From Candidatus Daviesbacteria bacterium (GTDB lineage Bacteria; Patescibacteriota; Microgenomatia; Daviesbacterales; UBA10151), in NCBI GenBank assembly GCA_016432425.1, contig CP066688.1, forward strand, positions 578,619 to 642,618: DNA of 64,000 nt, in the 5' to 3' direction. The position numbers and the translations under genes are program-made. The notes beneath the pieces are model-generated. The model saw only the letters and a list, made by a program, of their open reading frames with translations. It made no database searches and was not told where the DNA came from. Position 1 is the stretch's first letter. Every line of letters begins with the position of its first letter. This document shows positions 17,908 to 28,399 of this stretch, piece by piece.

Positions 17908-19149
17908 ATGCTATATTCAAAACTTTTTCCTAAAACTTTAAAACAAGTTCCCTCGGGTGCTGAATCAGTTAACCATCAGCTTTTGGTTAGAAGTGGATTT
18001 ATCGATCAGTTGATGGCGGGTTCCTATACTTTATTACCTTTAGGATGGAAAGTTTATTTAAAAATTGAAAATATTATTCGGGAAGAATTGGACAAAATTG
18101 GGTGTCAGGAAATGCTTATGCCTTTACTTCACCCCCGTGATATTTGGGACAAAAGCGGCCGATGGTCTGACCCTAATGTCAAAGAAATTATGTATCAATT
18201 TAAGGATATTCATGAGCGAGAGTTTGGCCTGTCTTTTACCCATGAAGAAATAGTGGCTTATATTTTGAGTAAATTTATCAAATCATATAAAGATTTACCA
18301 GTTCTTCTATACCATTTTTCCACCAAGTTTAGAAATGAGCTGCGGGCTAAATCGGGAATTTTAAGGGGTAGAGAGTTTATCATGAAGGATTTATACAGTG
18401 CCCATATCTCTGAAGAAGATATGTGGCAATGGTATGAAATAGTCAAAAAAGCTTATGTAGAAATTTTTAAAAGAGTTGGATTGGATGCTAAAGTAGTAGA
18501 GGCAGCCGGGGGAGTATTCACCAAAGGTCATACCCATGAATTTCAAGTTTTAGCAGAAAGCGGAGAGGATGTTATTTATTATTGCCAGAAATGTGATTTT
18601 GCCCAAAATCAGGAAATCTATGATGGAGAAAAAAAATGCCCCCGATGTGGCAGTGAGATTCAATCCGCATCTTCCATTGAAGTAGGTAATATTTTTCCGT
18701 TAGGGACTAAATATTCTCAAGCTTTAGGAGTTGCATACCAAGATGAAAATGGAAAAAGTCAGGATGTCTGGTTTGCCAGTTATGGAATTGGCATGACCAG
18801 GTTAATTGGGACTTTAGTGGAAGTTTTTCATGATGAAAAGGGGATAATCTGGCCGGAGAGTGTAGCTCCATTTACAGTTCATTTAGTGGGATTGGATTTG
18901 GAGGAGGAAAGTATTAAAACTGAGGCAGAAAAGATCTATAAGCTGTTGCAGGCAGAAGGAGTAGCGGTATTATTTGATGATCGGGTCGGACCCTCGGCTG
19001 GGGAAAAATTCTCTGATACAGATTTAATTGGAGTTCCTTACAGGGTGGTAATTTCTAAAAAGACCCAAGGCAAACTGGAAGTTAAAAAAAGAAATGAAAA
19101 AAATACTCATTTTGTAACTCTTGAAGCGCTAGTTAAGATGGTAAGGTAG
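17908..19149 (+). CDS. proS: Prolyl-tRNA synthetase (short form, no bacterial editing insertion). The start is taken at the ATG at 17908; AGGAGG lies 9 bp upstream.
   Basis: Class II aaRS motifs (FRNELRAKSGILRGREF; GIGMTRLIG), a C-terminal anticodon-binding domain, and a Zn-binding CxxC...CxxC. Confidence 0.85.
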   Translation: MLYSKLFPKTLKQVPSGAESVNHQLLVRSGFIDQLMAGSYTLLPLGWKVYLKIENIIREELDKIGCQEMLMPLLHPRDIWDKSGRWSDPNVKEIMYQFKDIHEREFGLSFTHEEIVAYILSKFIKSYKDLPVLLYHFSTKFRNELRAKSGILRGREFIMKDLYSAHISEEDMWQWYEIVKKAYVEIFKRVGLDAKVVEAAGGVFTKGHTHEFQVLAESGEDVIYYCQKCDFAQNQEIYDGEKKCPRCGSEIQSASSIEVGNIFPLGTKYSQALGVAYQDENGKSQDVWFASYGIGMTRLIGTLVEVFHDEKGIIWPESVAPFTVHLVGLDLEEESIKTEAEKIYKLLQAEGVAVLFDDRVGPSAGEKFSDTDLIGVPYRVVISKKTQGKLEVKKRNEKNTHFVTLEALVKMVR

Positions 19150-19205
19150 ATACCCAATTTAATAATTTTACTATCTTGATTTTTTTATCTTCAGTGCTAC
19201 ATTAA

Positions 19206-20099
19206 ATGGTAATGGTTTTGGCAGAGCAGATCGCAGAACAAGGTAGAAACATTACCTCCCCTGAATCTTCCCTTAAAACATGTGATTGCGAAATAGAAGG
19301 CGGGTTGGTTGCTCCTGCCGGCACTACTCTTTGTCCTCAAGTAGATGCTGCCTTTTTACGCCATTATATAGAGTATGCCCATCATTGGCAGGGCAGACAG
19401 CTGGGGGGATTAAGACTGGGAGAGGGGTTACAGGAAGAAGATTTGAGACTGACCCTGACGGAAATTTTGGAGCCTACTGGTTTTAATGAGGTAGTCCTAG
19501 CAGCTTGCGAAATAGATGACCCCGTAGAACTGTTAAGACAATTTTATCCACAAGATTTTCCTGTAGAGCAAAAATCAGAACTGGAAACTCCAGTTGCTAT
19601 TGCAACTTCCGACCATAATGGTGTAACTCCTGCAGATAAAAAACCGGATTCCCCCGTTCCTGAAATAAAAAAGGCAGGTCTTTTAACCATTAGTGATGAT
19701 AGCCGCTTGGCTTTGGCTGTGGTATTGTTGCGTCTTTTCAATATAACTTCCGGAAATGCTGTTAAAGGAGCCAATGTTTATATTTATGAATTAGGAGGAC
19801 AGTTCCCCTCGAATTTTGCCCAAACATTGGGAGAAATTATGCACAGAGTACGAGATAGAAGGCAAATTAAGACTTTGGAGGCGGATGATTTCCGAGAATG
19901 GTTTAAGGATCTGCTAAGGCAGATACCAGATTATGCTGTTGACGCGGGAGAGTTTTTAGCTCAAAATCCTGCCAAAGACACTAAGTTTATTTTAAAAAGT
20001 CTTCATCTGGAAAGATTTGATGGACAACCCGAAGTTTTGAAAAAATATCTTAAGGAACTTTTTGATGGCTACCTAGCAGCCTACTCCGCAAGTGCATAA
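19206..20099 (+). CDS. Hypothetical protein
   Basis: 297-aa ORF in line with its neighbours. No recognisable motif. Confidence 0.35.
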   Translation: MVMVLAEQIAEQGRNITSPESSLKTCDCEIEGGLVAPAGTTLCPQVDAAFLRHYIEYAHHWQGRQLGGLRLGEGLQEEDLRLTLTEILEPTGFNEVVLAACEIDDPVELLRQFYPQDFPVEQKSELETPVAIATSDHNGVTPADKKPDSPVPEIKKAGLLTISDDSRLALAVVLLRLFNITSGNAVKGANVYIYELGGQFPSNFAQTLGEIMHRVRDRRQIKTLEADDFREWFKDLLRQIPDYAVDAGEFLAQNPAKDTKFILKSLHLERFDGQPEVLKKYLKELFDGYLAAYSASA

Positions 20100-20139
20100 A
20101 ATTGATTTTAATCTCTATTTCTGCTAAATTACATAAGTC

Positions 20140-21249
20140 ATGATTATCAAAAATATTACTAAGTTACCAAAGGGGCTAGTAGAAGTAGAAATAACTGTTC
20201 CTTGGGCAGATGTGGTCCCTATTTGGGAGACAACTTTGCAAAAACTAACTGCTGATTTGGAACTGCCGGGATTTAGGAAAGGCCAGGTTCCCCCTGTCAT
20301 GGCTGAACAAAATTTAGGCACTAAAGTGCAAGATGAAGTTTTAAAAGTAGCTATGCCGCAATTTTTAATTCAAGCTTTGCAAGGTTCTGATGTAATTCCG
20401 ATAGATTATCCTAAATACCAACCAACCCCTTTTATTAAAGGCCAGGATTTAAAATATAAAACTGCAGTAACCAACCGTCCTACTGTCATAATTGGAGATT
20501 ATAAAACTATTAAAGTAATCCGTCCTGTTGGCAAAACAGTCACCGAGGTGGATGTGGATAAAGTAATAAATGATCTGTTTAAAAGATGGCAGACCAGAAT
20601 GTCCGTGGGTCAGCCAGCCCCGACTCAGTCGGGGCCAGTAGGTCAACCAAACCAGAATGGAGGCAGTGCCGGCAGTATCAATATTAACGGTACGCAGGGT
20701 AATAGAACTACCTCTGCTCCAGTTGTACCTACCTCTCCTGATGATAATTTTGCCAAAGCCGTGGGTGGCAACGACTTGGCAGATTTAAAAAATAAAATCA
20801 AAACTGATTTAGAAGCTACTGCCAAAAATGAAACTGAGATGGATTTTGAAGAAGCCATTTTGCAAGAAGTAGAAAAAATTACCACAGTGGATTTGCCGGA
20901 AATTTTGATTGGGGATGAGCTCAACCGGATGTTGGTTTCTTTGCAAAGACGAGTGGCGGATATGGGTCTTTTGATGGATGATTATCTAAAAGGACAGAAT
21001 AAAACTTTAGACCAACTTAAAGTTGACTGGCGAGCCCAGGCTGAAAAAAATGTCCGGATGGAATTGGGACTGGCAGAAATTGCCCGAGCGGAAAAAGTCG
21101 ATATTTCCGAGCAAGAGCTACAAGCGGAAATTGATAAAATTCAAGACCCCCGGGTCAAACAGCAGTTTGCCGCCCCTGAACCGCGTTTGCAACTGCGTCA
21201 TGCCCTCAGGCAAACCAAAACTTTGGATCTACTCAAGAAGATGGTATGA
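20140..21249 (+). CDS. tig: Trigger factor
   Basis: Ribosome-binding signature GFRKGQVP in the N-domain. A C-terminal helical arm domain. Confidence 0.8.
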   Translation: MIIKNITKLPKGLVEVEITVPWADVVPIWETTLQKLTADLELPGFRKGQVPPVMAEQNLGTKVQDEVLKVAMPQFLIQALQGSDVIPIDYPKYQPTPFIKGQDLKYKTAVTNRPTVIIGDYKTIKVIRPVGKTVTEVDVDKVINDLFKRWQTRMSVGQPAPTQSGPVGQPNQNGGSAGSININGTQGNRTTSAPVVPTSPDDNFAKAVGGNDLADLKNKIKTDLEATAKNETEMDFEEAILQEVEKITTVDLPEILIGDELNRMLVSLQRRVADMGLLMDDYLKGQNKTLDQLKVDWRAQAEKNVRMELGLAEIARAEKVDISEQELQAEIDKIQDPRVKQQFAAPEPRLQLRHALRQTKTLDLLKKMV

Positions 21250-21273
21250 TCAAAGAAAGGGAGGTGTATTTTT

Positions 21274-21468
21274 TTGTCTATATTTGTCAAAGCTGGACCA
21301 AACGATTCAACTGATAAACTAATTAGGAAATTCCAGAAAAAAGTTTTGGAAGAAAAAGTAGTGCAAGAGATTAGGGAACGGGAATTTCACCGCAAACCTT
21401 CAGAACTCCGAAAAGAATTTTTGGCTGAAAGAAGACGAAAAATTAAAAGATACTTGCGGTCAATGTAA
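21274..21468 (+). CDS. rpsU: 30S ribosomal protein S21
   Basis: KKVLEEKVVQEIREREFHRKPSELRKEF..RRRKIKR; 64 aa and basic. Confidence 0.85.
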   Translation: MSIFVKAGPNDSTDKLIRKFQKKVLEEKVVQEIREREFHRKPSELRKEFLAERRRKIKRYLRSM

Positions 21469-21470
21469 AT

Positions 21471-21917
21471 ATGGATTTATTCGCTAAACTACAGGCAGAT
21501 TTAAAGCAGGCTCAACTTAACCGTGAGAAATTAGTAACTTCTACTTTGCGCTTGGTTTTGTCTGAAATTCACAACAGCGAGATCCAAACCGGCCAGAGTT
21601 TGTCGCAGGCGGAGATAGTGACAATAATAGCGCGGGAAGCGAAAAAAAGAACAGAGGCCGCAGAAGCTTTCAAAAAAGGTGGCAGAGCAGAAGCTGCGGA
21701 AAAAGAGGAAGCAGAGCTAAAAGTACTCCAAGCCTATTTACCGGAGCAACTTTCAACTGAGGAGTTGACTAAGATAGTTAAAGAGACTATAACTGAAGTA
21801 GGTGCTACTTCGATTTCGGACATGGCCAAGGTTATGAGCGCAGTGATGGGTAAAGTAGGGGGGAAGACCGACGGAGCAACAGTCAGCACCATTGTCAAAG
21901 AGAATCTACATGGTTAA
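21471..21917 (+). CDS. yqeY: GatB/YqeY domain protein
   Basis: DLKQAQLNREKLVTSTLRLVLSEI and the C-terminal VKEN motif. A conserved partner of rpsU. Confidence 0.7.
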   Translation: MDLFAKLQADLKQAQLNREKLVTSTLRLVLSEIHNSEIQTGQSLSQAEIVTIIAREAKKRTEAAEAFKKGGRAEAAEKEEAELKVLQAYLPEQLSTEELTKIVKETITEVGATSISDMAKVMSAVMGKVGGKTDGATVSTIVKENLHG

Positions 21918-22323
21918 TATCATTATTAATTCTGATCCCCGATACAATATCGACCGCGGAGCAATTCGGACAGTGGTGCTAGTCAGTTTGGCCCGGCATA
22001 AAATTGTCGGCAAAGTAGAGCTGGGAGTAAATATTGTGGGTGACCGTAAAATGCACCAGCTAAATAAAACTTATCGCGGGATTGATACTACCACCGATAT
22101 TTTATCTTTTGCCTTGGAGGATACGCAAGCTACTTCGTTGCAGCATATTCCCAGAGTAGGATTTGTCTCTGCTCCGGATAAAGTTTTGCGCCTGGGAGAT
22201 ATTGTTTTATCTTATCCACAAGTAGTAGAAGATGCAGCTTTGGATGGAATCTCCGTGGAAGAGGAAATTAGAAGCTTATTAGAGCACGGAGTAAATCATC
22301 TGCTCGGTATTCACCACAACTAA
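21910..22323 (+). CDS. ybeY: Endoribonuclease YbeY (rRNA maturation factor). The start is taken at the ATG at 21910.
   Basis: C-terminal metal-binding motif HGVNHLLGIHH (H..H...H). Confidence 0.75.
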   Translation: MVNIIINSDPRYNIDRGAIRTVVLVSLARHKIVGKVELGVNIVGDRKMHQLNKTYRGIDTTTDILSFALEDTQATSLQHIPRVGFVSAPDKVLRLGDIVLSYPQVVEDAALDGISVEEEIRSLLEHGVNHLLGIHHN

Positions 22324-22335
22324 GTAAAAAAAATT

Positions 22336-23976
22336 ATGGCATTTTATTTAAAATACCGGCCTCAAAGCTTGGCTGATTTACTTGGTCAAGATTTAGTTAA
22401 AAAAAATTTAGAGTCAGCTTTTTTAAACAAAAAATTAGCTCATGCCTATCTCCTGGTTGGTCCCCGGGGAACCGGTAAAACTTCCACTGCCAGAATTTTG
22501 GCAAAGATGGTAAATTGTGAATATTTAGACAATTCGGGCCAGCCCGTTTCTGCTAAAGCGGATCAGAAAACCGAATTGTCTAGTGCGGTCCAACTCTCGG
22601 TACCGTGCAACAAATGTCCTACCTGTTTATCCATTACTGATGGGTCTAATTTGGATTTAATTGAAATTGATGCCGCCTCCAACAGGGGAATTGATGATAT
22701 GAGGGAACTGCGGGACAAAATTAAACTCTCTCCCACCAGCAGCCCCAAAAAAGTTTATATTATTGATGAAGTGCATATGTTGACAGAAGAAGCTTTTAAT
22801 GCCCTCCTTAAAACTTTAGAAGAGCCACCGGACCACGTTTTGTTTGTTTTAGCCACCACTGATGTGGAAAAAATCCCTGCCACTATTTTATCCAGAGTCC
22901 AGCGTTTGGATTTTAAATTAGCTGCCAAAGTGGATTTACTGGAATCTTTAAAAAAAATTGCCAAGGCAGAAAAATTAGAAATTGAAGAAAAAGCGCTGGA
23001 TTTTTTTACCCAAAAAGCCGAGGGCAGTTTTCGGGATGCAGTCAAACTATTAGATCAAGCAGCTGCTTTGGGTCAAAAAATTACCACGGAGAACTTAAGC
23101 AGCCATTTTTCTGTCACTAAATTTGAAGTTATCGTGGAGCTTTTAAACAATTTAGCCAGCCACAACAGTAAACAGGCACTGCTTACTTTAAATCAACTGA
23201 GCTACGATCCCAAAGAGTTAATTTTGTCTTTAATGGAATCTTTGAGACAACTATTGCTTGTCCAAAATGGATTGGAAGTGTCGGTAAAAGAGGATTTGGG
23301 TTCGGATAGATTTGTTGCTTTAAAACAACTGGCAGAAAAATTTAAGTTAGCAGATTTTTTCTTTAGTTTGGAAAAACTGCAAGAGGCAATAGAGCGGCTA
23401 AAATTTTCTCCCATTCCCAGTTTGCCACTGGAGCTGGCAGTGATAGAAATTTGTAACAACACCTCTAATGAGTCGGAGCGAGCGAAGGTTGACGTAGCCC
23501 CGACTGAGTGGGGGTCAGTAACCTCAAAAGCGCAAGCGAGTCCTGATCCGCCAGCTGGCGTATCAGGACCCCGAGCGACAGAAAATCAAGCGAGCGAGCG
23601 AAAGATTAATAAGGTAAGCAATTCTCCTGACATGGTTATTCTCCAGGAAAAATGGGGTTTTGTGCTGGAGACGATCAAGCCGTTTAATTTTTCACTAGAA
23701 GCACTACTGCGCTCAGTTAAAATCCAAAGTTGTGAGGAAGGAGTAGTAGTTTTAGAAGTACCATATTCTTTCCATCAAAGAATATTAGAAACCCCCAAAT
23801 CCAGAGATTTGCTGGAGTCAGTTTTTTCCGATGTTTTGGGGAAAAGTGCGAAAATTACCACAGTTTTGGGGACTAGACCAATAGTAGCAGAAGAGATGGC
23901 TAATGTGGAAATTGCCGCTGATGATGAAATTCTGCGGGCCGCTGCTGAAATCTTCAATGGTAAACTGGTAGATTAA
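22336..23976 (+). CDS. dnaX: DNA polymerase III subunit gamma/tau
   Basis: AAA+ clamp-loader motifs GPRGTGKTSTARILAK. A Zn module CNKCPTC. SRC motif region. Confidence 0.9.
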   Translation: MAFYLKYRPQSLADLLGQDLVKKNLESAFLNKKLAHAYLLVGPRGTGKTSTARILAKMVNCEYLDNSGQPVSAKADQKTELSSAVQLSVPCNKCPTCLSITDGSNLDLIEIDAASNRGIDDMRELRDKIKLSPTSSPKKVYIIDEVHMLTEEAFNALLKTLEEPPDHVLFVLATTDVEKIPATILSRVQRLDFKLAAKVDLLESLKKIAKAEKLEIEEKALDFFTQKAEGSFRDAVKLLDQAAALGQKITTENLSSHFSVTKFEVIVELLNNLASHNSKQALLTLNQLSYDPKELILSLMESLRQLLLVQNGLEVSVKEDLGSDRFVALKQLAEKFKLADFFFSLEKLQEAIERLKFSPIPSLPLELAVIEICNNTSNESERAKVDVAPTEWGSVTSKAQASPDPPAGVSGPRATENQASERKINKVSNSPDMVILQEKWGFVLETIKPFNFSLEALLRSVKIQSCEEGVVVLEVPYSFHQRILETPKSRDLLESVFSDVLGKSAKITTVLGTRPIVAEEMANVEIAADDEILRAAAEIFNGKLVD

Positions 23977-23995
23977 GCTGATATAATCCCCTGGT

Positions 23996-25276
23996 ATGAG
24001 CAAAATCTTTAATTTAATTGAGCAAGAAAAGGAGCGGCAAAAAAATGGTTTGGAACTGATCCCTTCCGAGAATTATGTCTCCTGTGATGTTCTACAGGCT
24101 TTAGGTTCCATTTTAACTGACAAATACTCAGAGGGTTATCCGGGAAGACGTTATTATGGTGGTAATCAAATTATTGATGAAATTGAAAAAGAAGCGAAGG
24201 AACTGGTCAATAAATTATTTGGGACAGTTTATGCCAATGTCCAGCCTTATTCCGGCTCCCCAGCTAATTTAGCAGTTGATTTAGGGTTGGCAGAACCCGG
24301 CTCAGTCATTATGGGCATGAATTTAGTTTCCGGAGGTCATTTAACTCATGGGGCGCCAGTTTCTTTTACCGGCAAATTATTTAAGGCAGTCCAATATGGT
24401 GTAGACCAAAACGGCCGGATTGATCTCGATGAAGTGGAAAAGTTGGCCCAAGAGAACAGCCCTAAAATTATTTGGGTAGGACTGACAGCCTATCCTTATA
24501 AATTAGATTTTAAAGGGTTTAGAGAAATTGCCGATAGCATAGGAGCCTATTTAGCAGCAGATATTTCCCATATTGCGGGTTTAGTGGTAGCAGGAGTACA
24601 CGAGTCTCCCGTGCCTTATGTTGATGTTATCACTACCACTACTCACAAAACTTTGCGAGGCCCTAGGGGTGCAGTAATCTTGGTTACCCAAAAAGGTTTA
24701 GACAGGGATCCTGATTTGTCCAAAAAAATTGATAGCGCCATTTTCCCGGGACTGCAAGGTGGTCCCCATAACCACACTACTGCTGCCATGGCAGTCGCCT
24801 TTAATGAAGCGCTTTCTTCTGAGTTTAAAAGTTATATTGAACAGGTGGTAAAAAATGCTCAGGTTTTGGCAGCGGAGTTGGGAATAGAAACAGAAAACCA
24901 TTTAATGTTAAAAAATGTGGGAGTGGGACGAGGATATTTGGTAGAAATAGCTTTGGAGGCAGCCGGTATTACAGTCAACAAAAATACCATTCCTAATGAG
25001 CAGTCTTCTCCTTTTTATCCTTCCGGAATAAGGCTGGGAACTCCGGCAATCACTTCCCGGGGAATGAAAGAAGATGACATGAAAAAAATTGCTGCTTGGA
25101 TCAAACAAGTATTAGAAGAAATTAAAGATTATGATTTGCCGAAGGAGCAAAATCAAAGAGCTAATTTTATTAAAGAATTTAGAGCCAAAATGGCAGAGAA
25201 TGAAAATTTAAAAAAGATTAAAGAGGAAGTTAAAGAATTTACTGGTAAATATCCATTGCCTGGAGTGGATGAATAA
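23996..25276 (+). CDS. glyA: Serine hydroxymethyltransferase
   Basis: LELIPSENYVS; PLP-lysine region TTTTHKTLRGPRG. Confidence 0.9.
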   Translation: MSKIFNLIEQEKERQKNGLELIPSENYVSCDVLQALGSILTDKYSEGYPGRRYYGGNQIIDEIEKEAKELVNKLFGTVYANVQPYSGSPANLAVDLGLAEPGSVIMGMNLVSGGHLTHGAPVSFTGKLFKAVQYGVDQNGRIDLDEVEKLAQENSPKIIWVGLTAYPYKLDFKGFREIADSIGAYLAADISHIAGLVVAGVHESPVPYVDVITTTTHKTLRGPRGAVILVTQKGLDRDPDLSKKIDSAIFPGLQGGPHNHTTAAMAVAFNEALSSEFKSYIEQVVKNAQVLAAELGIETENHLMLKNVGVGRGYLVEIALEAAGITVNKNTIPNEQSSPFYPSGIRLGTPAITSRGMKEDDMKKIAAWIKQVLEEIKDYDLPKEQNQRANFIKEFRAKMAENENLKKIKEEVKEFTGKYPLPGVDE

Positions 25277-25280
25277 CCAA

Positions 25281-25294
25281 AAACCTCACGATCG
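25281..25294. promoter_or_regulatory. Palindrome TCACGATCGTGT (CACGATCGTG core) between glyA and folD
   Basis: 10-bp perfect palindrome related to the operator at 3973. Located 22 bp upstream of the folD ATG. Confidence 0.3.
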
Positions 25295-25315
25295 TGTAGA
25301 CTTTGGTTAAATAAT

Positions 25316-26125
25316 ATGGACAAAATCATTGATGGAAAAAAATTAGCTAAAGAGCACGAGGAAACTCTTAAAGAGAAAATTTATAAATTAAACAAAAAAA
25401 TAAGAATTGAAAGTATCTTAATTGGTGATGATCCGGCCTCACTGCTTTATTCCAATTTAAAACAAAAAAAGGCTACTGAAGTAGGGATAGAGTTTGAATT
25501 AAGAAAGTTTACAGAAGATGTTTCTTGGGAGGATGTAGTTGGTCAAATAGAAGAGTTGAATCAAAATGAGTCCATACATGGAATCATGGTGCAATTACCA
25601 TTACCTACACAATTTCTAAGGAATCACGAACTCCAGGAATTACTTGACAAGATTAGTCCCGAAAAAGATGTGGATGGTTTAACTGGTAAAGGTTCCGTGT
25701 CCCAAGCTACAGTGAGAGGAGTAATATCTATTTTGGAATCAGAAAATGTAGATTTAAAAAATAAGACTATCGTTGTAGTAGGTGCTAAAGGAATGGTGGG
25801 AAGTGAACTCATAAAGAGTCTACAAAATAAATATGATAGTCCAGTCTATCATACTAAGGTAGAAGGGATCGATAAGGATACAAATAATTCTTGTGAGGCA
25901 GAAAAACAAGCTGATGTTTTAATTTCAGCAGTTGGACAGAAGAATTTAATCGCTAAAGATTGCATAAAACCTGGGGCAGTAGTCATAGATATAGGTGGAG
26001 ATGTAGATTTTGAAAATGTTAAAGAAATAGCAGGTAAAATTACTCCACCAAAGGGCGGGGTGGGTCCCATGACAGTTGTATCTTTAATGGAAAATGCGGT
26101 AGAATTAGCAAGTAGGAGGGATTGA
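25316..26125 (+). CDS. folD: Bifunctional methylene-THF dehydrogenase/methenyl-THF cyclohydrolase
   Basis: GIMVQLPLP motif and a Rossmann GAKGMVG. Confidence 0.85.
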   Translation: MDKIIDGKKLAKEHEETLKEKIYKLNKKIRIESILIGDDPASLLYSNLKQKKATEVGIEFELRKFTEDVSWEDVVGQIEELNQNESIHGIMVQLPLPTQFLRNHELQELLDKISPEKDVDGLTGKGSVSQATVRGVISILESENVDLKNKTIVVVGAKGMVGSELIKSLQNKYDSPVYHTKVEGIDKDTNNSCEAEKQADVLISAVGQKNLIAKDCIKPGAVVIDIGGDVDFENVKEIAGKITPPKGGVGPMTVVSLMENAVELASRRD

Positions 26126-26129
26126 AAAC

Positions 26130-26426
26130 ATGGGTTTAATGGATAATTTAAAACAACTAGGGGATCTTAAAAAAATGAGAGACCAGGCCATGGAAATGCA
26201 AAAAAAACTGGCCGGGATTAAGATCACTGTGGAACACAAAGGGGTGACAGTAATAATGACTGCCGATCAAAAAGTGGTTTCCATTTCCGGTCCTTCGACA
26301 AACTCAGGGCAAGCTGATTTTGATAAAATTACGGAGGCTATTAATGAGGCCTTGAAGCAATCCCAAAAAGTCGCCGCCGAAGAGATGAAGCCATTGATGG
26401 GTGGTTTGGGCCTGCCGGGGATGTAA
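26130..26426 (+). CDS. ybaB: Nucleoid-associated protein YbaB/EbfC
   Basis: 98 aa. MGLMDNLKQLGDLKKMRDQAMEMQKKL matches the family N-terminus. Confidence 0.8.
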   Translation: MGLMDNLKQLGDLKKMRDQAMEMQKKLAGIKITVEHKGVTVIMTADQKVVSISGPSTNSGQADFDKITEAINEALKQSQKVAAEEMKPLMGGLGLPGM

Positions 26427-26504
26427 TAAAAAGAGGCTTTTCTAAATTCCGATCCATATACCCTATATAGATTATATCATATGATCGTGCTACAATTGGG
26501 CCCA

Positions 26505-27101
26505 ATGGCTACCATCCCCAAATCAGTCCAGGATTTAATCGAAGCTTTGGAAAGATTACCCGGAATTGGCCCTAAAACTGCTCAGCGGTTAACCTATTAC
26601 TTACTGCACGCTCCTAAAGAAGAAGCCCAAGCTCTCTCGTCTGCTGCCCTCAACATGAAAGAAAAAACCATTATTTGCTCTATTTGTTTTAATATTGCCG
26701 AGTCTAACCCTTGCCCAATTTGTAATGATTCCACCAGGGACCGCTCCATAATTGCCATTGTGGAGGACCCTTTGGATGTTTTGGCTTTAGAAAAAGCTAA
26801 TTTTAAAAGTCTTTATCATGTGCTTCATGGAGTGATTTCCCCCCTGGAAAACATTGGCCCGGACCAACTGCATATTAAAGAACTTTTGCCTAGGCTCAAA
26901 GACGGTAGCGTTAAAGAAGTAATTTTAGCCACTAACCCTACCATGGAAGGGGAAGCCACGGCCATGTATATTCAAAGGTTGCTTTCTCCTTTGGGGGTTA
27001 AAGTTACCAGAATTGCCAGAGGCCTTCCGGTGGGGGGAGATTTAGAATATGCTGACGAAACCACCCTTTCGCGAGCGCTAGAGGGTCGAAAAGAATATTA
27101 A
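26505..27101 (+). CDS. recR: Recombination protein RecR. The start is taken at 26505; the ORF track starts at 26481.
   Basis: Hh[15 protein letters not shown], a C4 zinc finger [16 protein letters not shown], and a Toprim domain. Confidence 0.9.
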   Translation: MATIPKSVQDLIEALERLPGIGPKTAQRLTYYLLHAPKEEAQALSSAALNMKEKTIICSICFNIAESNPCPICNDSTRDRSIIAIVEDPLDVLALEKANFKSLYHVLHGVISPLENIGPDQLHIKELLPRLKDGSVKEVILATNPTMEGEATAMYIQRLLSPLGVKVTRIARGLPVGGDLEYADETTLSRALEGRKEY

Positions 27102-28399
27102 TGTTAAAAACTTTTACTTTAAAAAATGGTATTAAAGTAGCCACTTACAACCTGCCTCAACTTAAATCTGTCTATTTGCATATTACGGTAAAGGGCGGAA
27201 ATCTTCTGGAAAACTCCCAAAATAATGGGGTGGCTCATTTCATGGAGCATATTTTAGTACAGGGTATCCCTTCATATCCCACCGCAGAAGGGCTCTCTTG
27301 GTTTATTGAAAGTTGTTCCGGCAGATATCAAGCGATGACCCATACTACTTCGATAGATTTTAATATTACTGTCCCTTTCAATCATCTAGAACAAGCTTTA
27401 CAAATTGCCAGCCAAGTTTTCTTTGCCCCGCTTTTCCCGGAGGAAGCTATTGAAAAAGAAAGAAGAGTGGTCATTAGCGAGATTAATGAAAGAAAAGATG
27501 CCAGTTGGTATAAAAGAGCAGAATTTTTTAGAAAAGTAAGATTTCAAGAAAAACACCCTTTAACATTAGACGGAGGGGGATCTTTAGAAGTAGTTAAAAA
27601 CTTGCAAAGGCAGGATCTAGTTGGATTTTGGGAAAAATATTTTACGACCGGTAACACTTATCTATTGATTACCGGTAATTTCCTCTACACTAATTTAAAA
27701 AAGTTGATTAAAAAATATTTGGAGGAAGTATCCCCAAAAGAAAGAGACAATTTTCCCGATCTTTCTAACCAAGATTTTAGCGGCCGTCAAGTAGCAATCA
27801 GAGAAGATAATGCCTTGCAGCTGATTTATTTAGATTTAACATCTCCCGCTTTATCGCTGGCTGATTCCTTAAGAGAGCGGGTTATCTTAAATTTAGCATT
27901 GGTTATTTTTGGCCGGCTGCGCAATAGCCGTTTATTTAAACTGCTCCGCTACCAAAAAGGTTTAGTTTATGATGTGAGTGCCGGGGCCAACTTGTATCCG
28001 GGCTTGGGCTATATTTACATATCTTCCCAAGTGTTATATGAGCATTTAGATGAAGTATTGACCATTATCTGTCAAGAGGTGGAAAACTTTGTGAAGTTTG
28101 GGCTAACTGAAGAAGAGCTGGAATTTGCCAGGAATTTCTTGATTAACCAATGGTTGATGTCCTTTGACCATCCTAACAACATCGCGGGGTGGATTTTGCA
28201 GGACCTATTTTGGGAGAAGAGTATTCAATTGCCGGAATACTATATTTCTTTGGTTAAAAAAATTAAATTATCAGATGTCAAAAAGGTGATGAAAAAACAT
28301 TGGGGTTTTGGTAAGCTTAATTTAACCTTGCAAGGACCAATTAAAAACTCTAAAGAAAATATTAAAAAGTATTCTCGAATATTGGAGAATTTAAAATGA
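27101..28399 (+). CDS. M16-family zinc peptidase (insulinase/pitrilysin-like)
   Basis: Inverted zinc motif HFMEHILVQG (HxxEH). Confidence 0.75.
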   Translation: MLKTFTLKNGIKVATYNLPQLKSVYLHITVKGGNLLENSQNNGVAHFMEHILVQGIPSYPTAEGLSWFIESCSGRYQAMTHTTSIDFNITVPFNHLEQALQIASQVFFAPLFPEEAIEKERRVVISEINERKDASWYKRAEFFRKVRFQEKHPLTLDGGGSLEVVKNLQRQDLVGFWEKYFTTGNTYLLITGNFLYTNLKKLIKKYLEEVSPKERDNFPDLSNQDFSGRQVAIREDNALQLIYLDLTSPALSLADSLRERVILNLALVIFGRLRNSRLFKLLRYQKGLVYDVSAGANLYPGLGYIYISSQVLYEHLDEVLTIICQEVENFVKFGLTEEELEFARNFLINQWLMSFDHPNNIAGWILQDLFWEKSIQLPEYYISLVKKIKLSDVKKVMKKHWGFGKLNLTLQGPIKNSKENIKKYSRILENLK

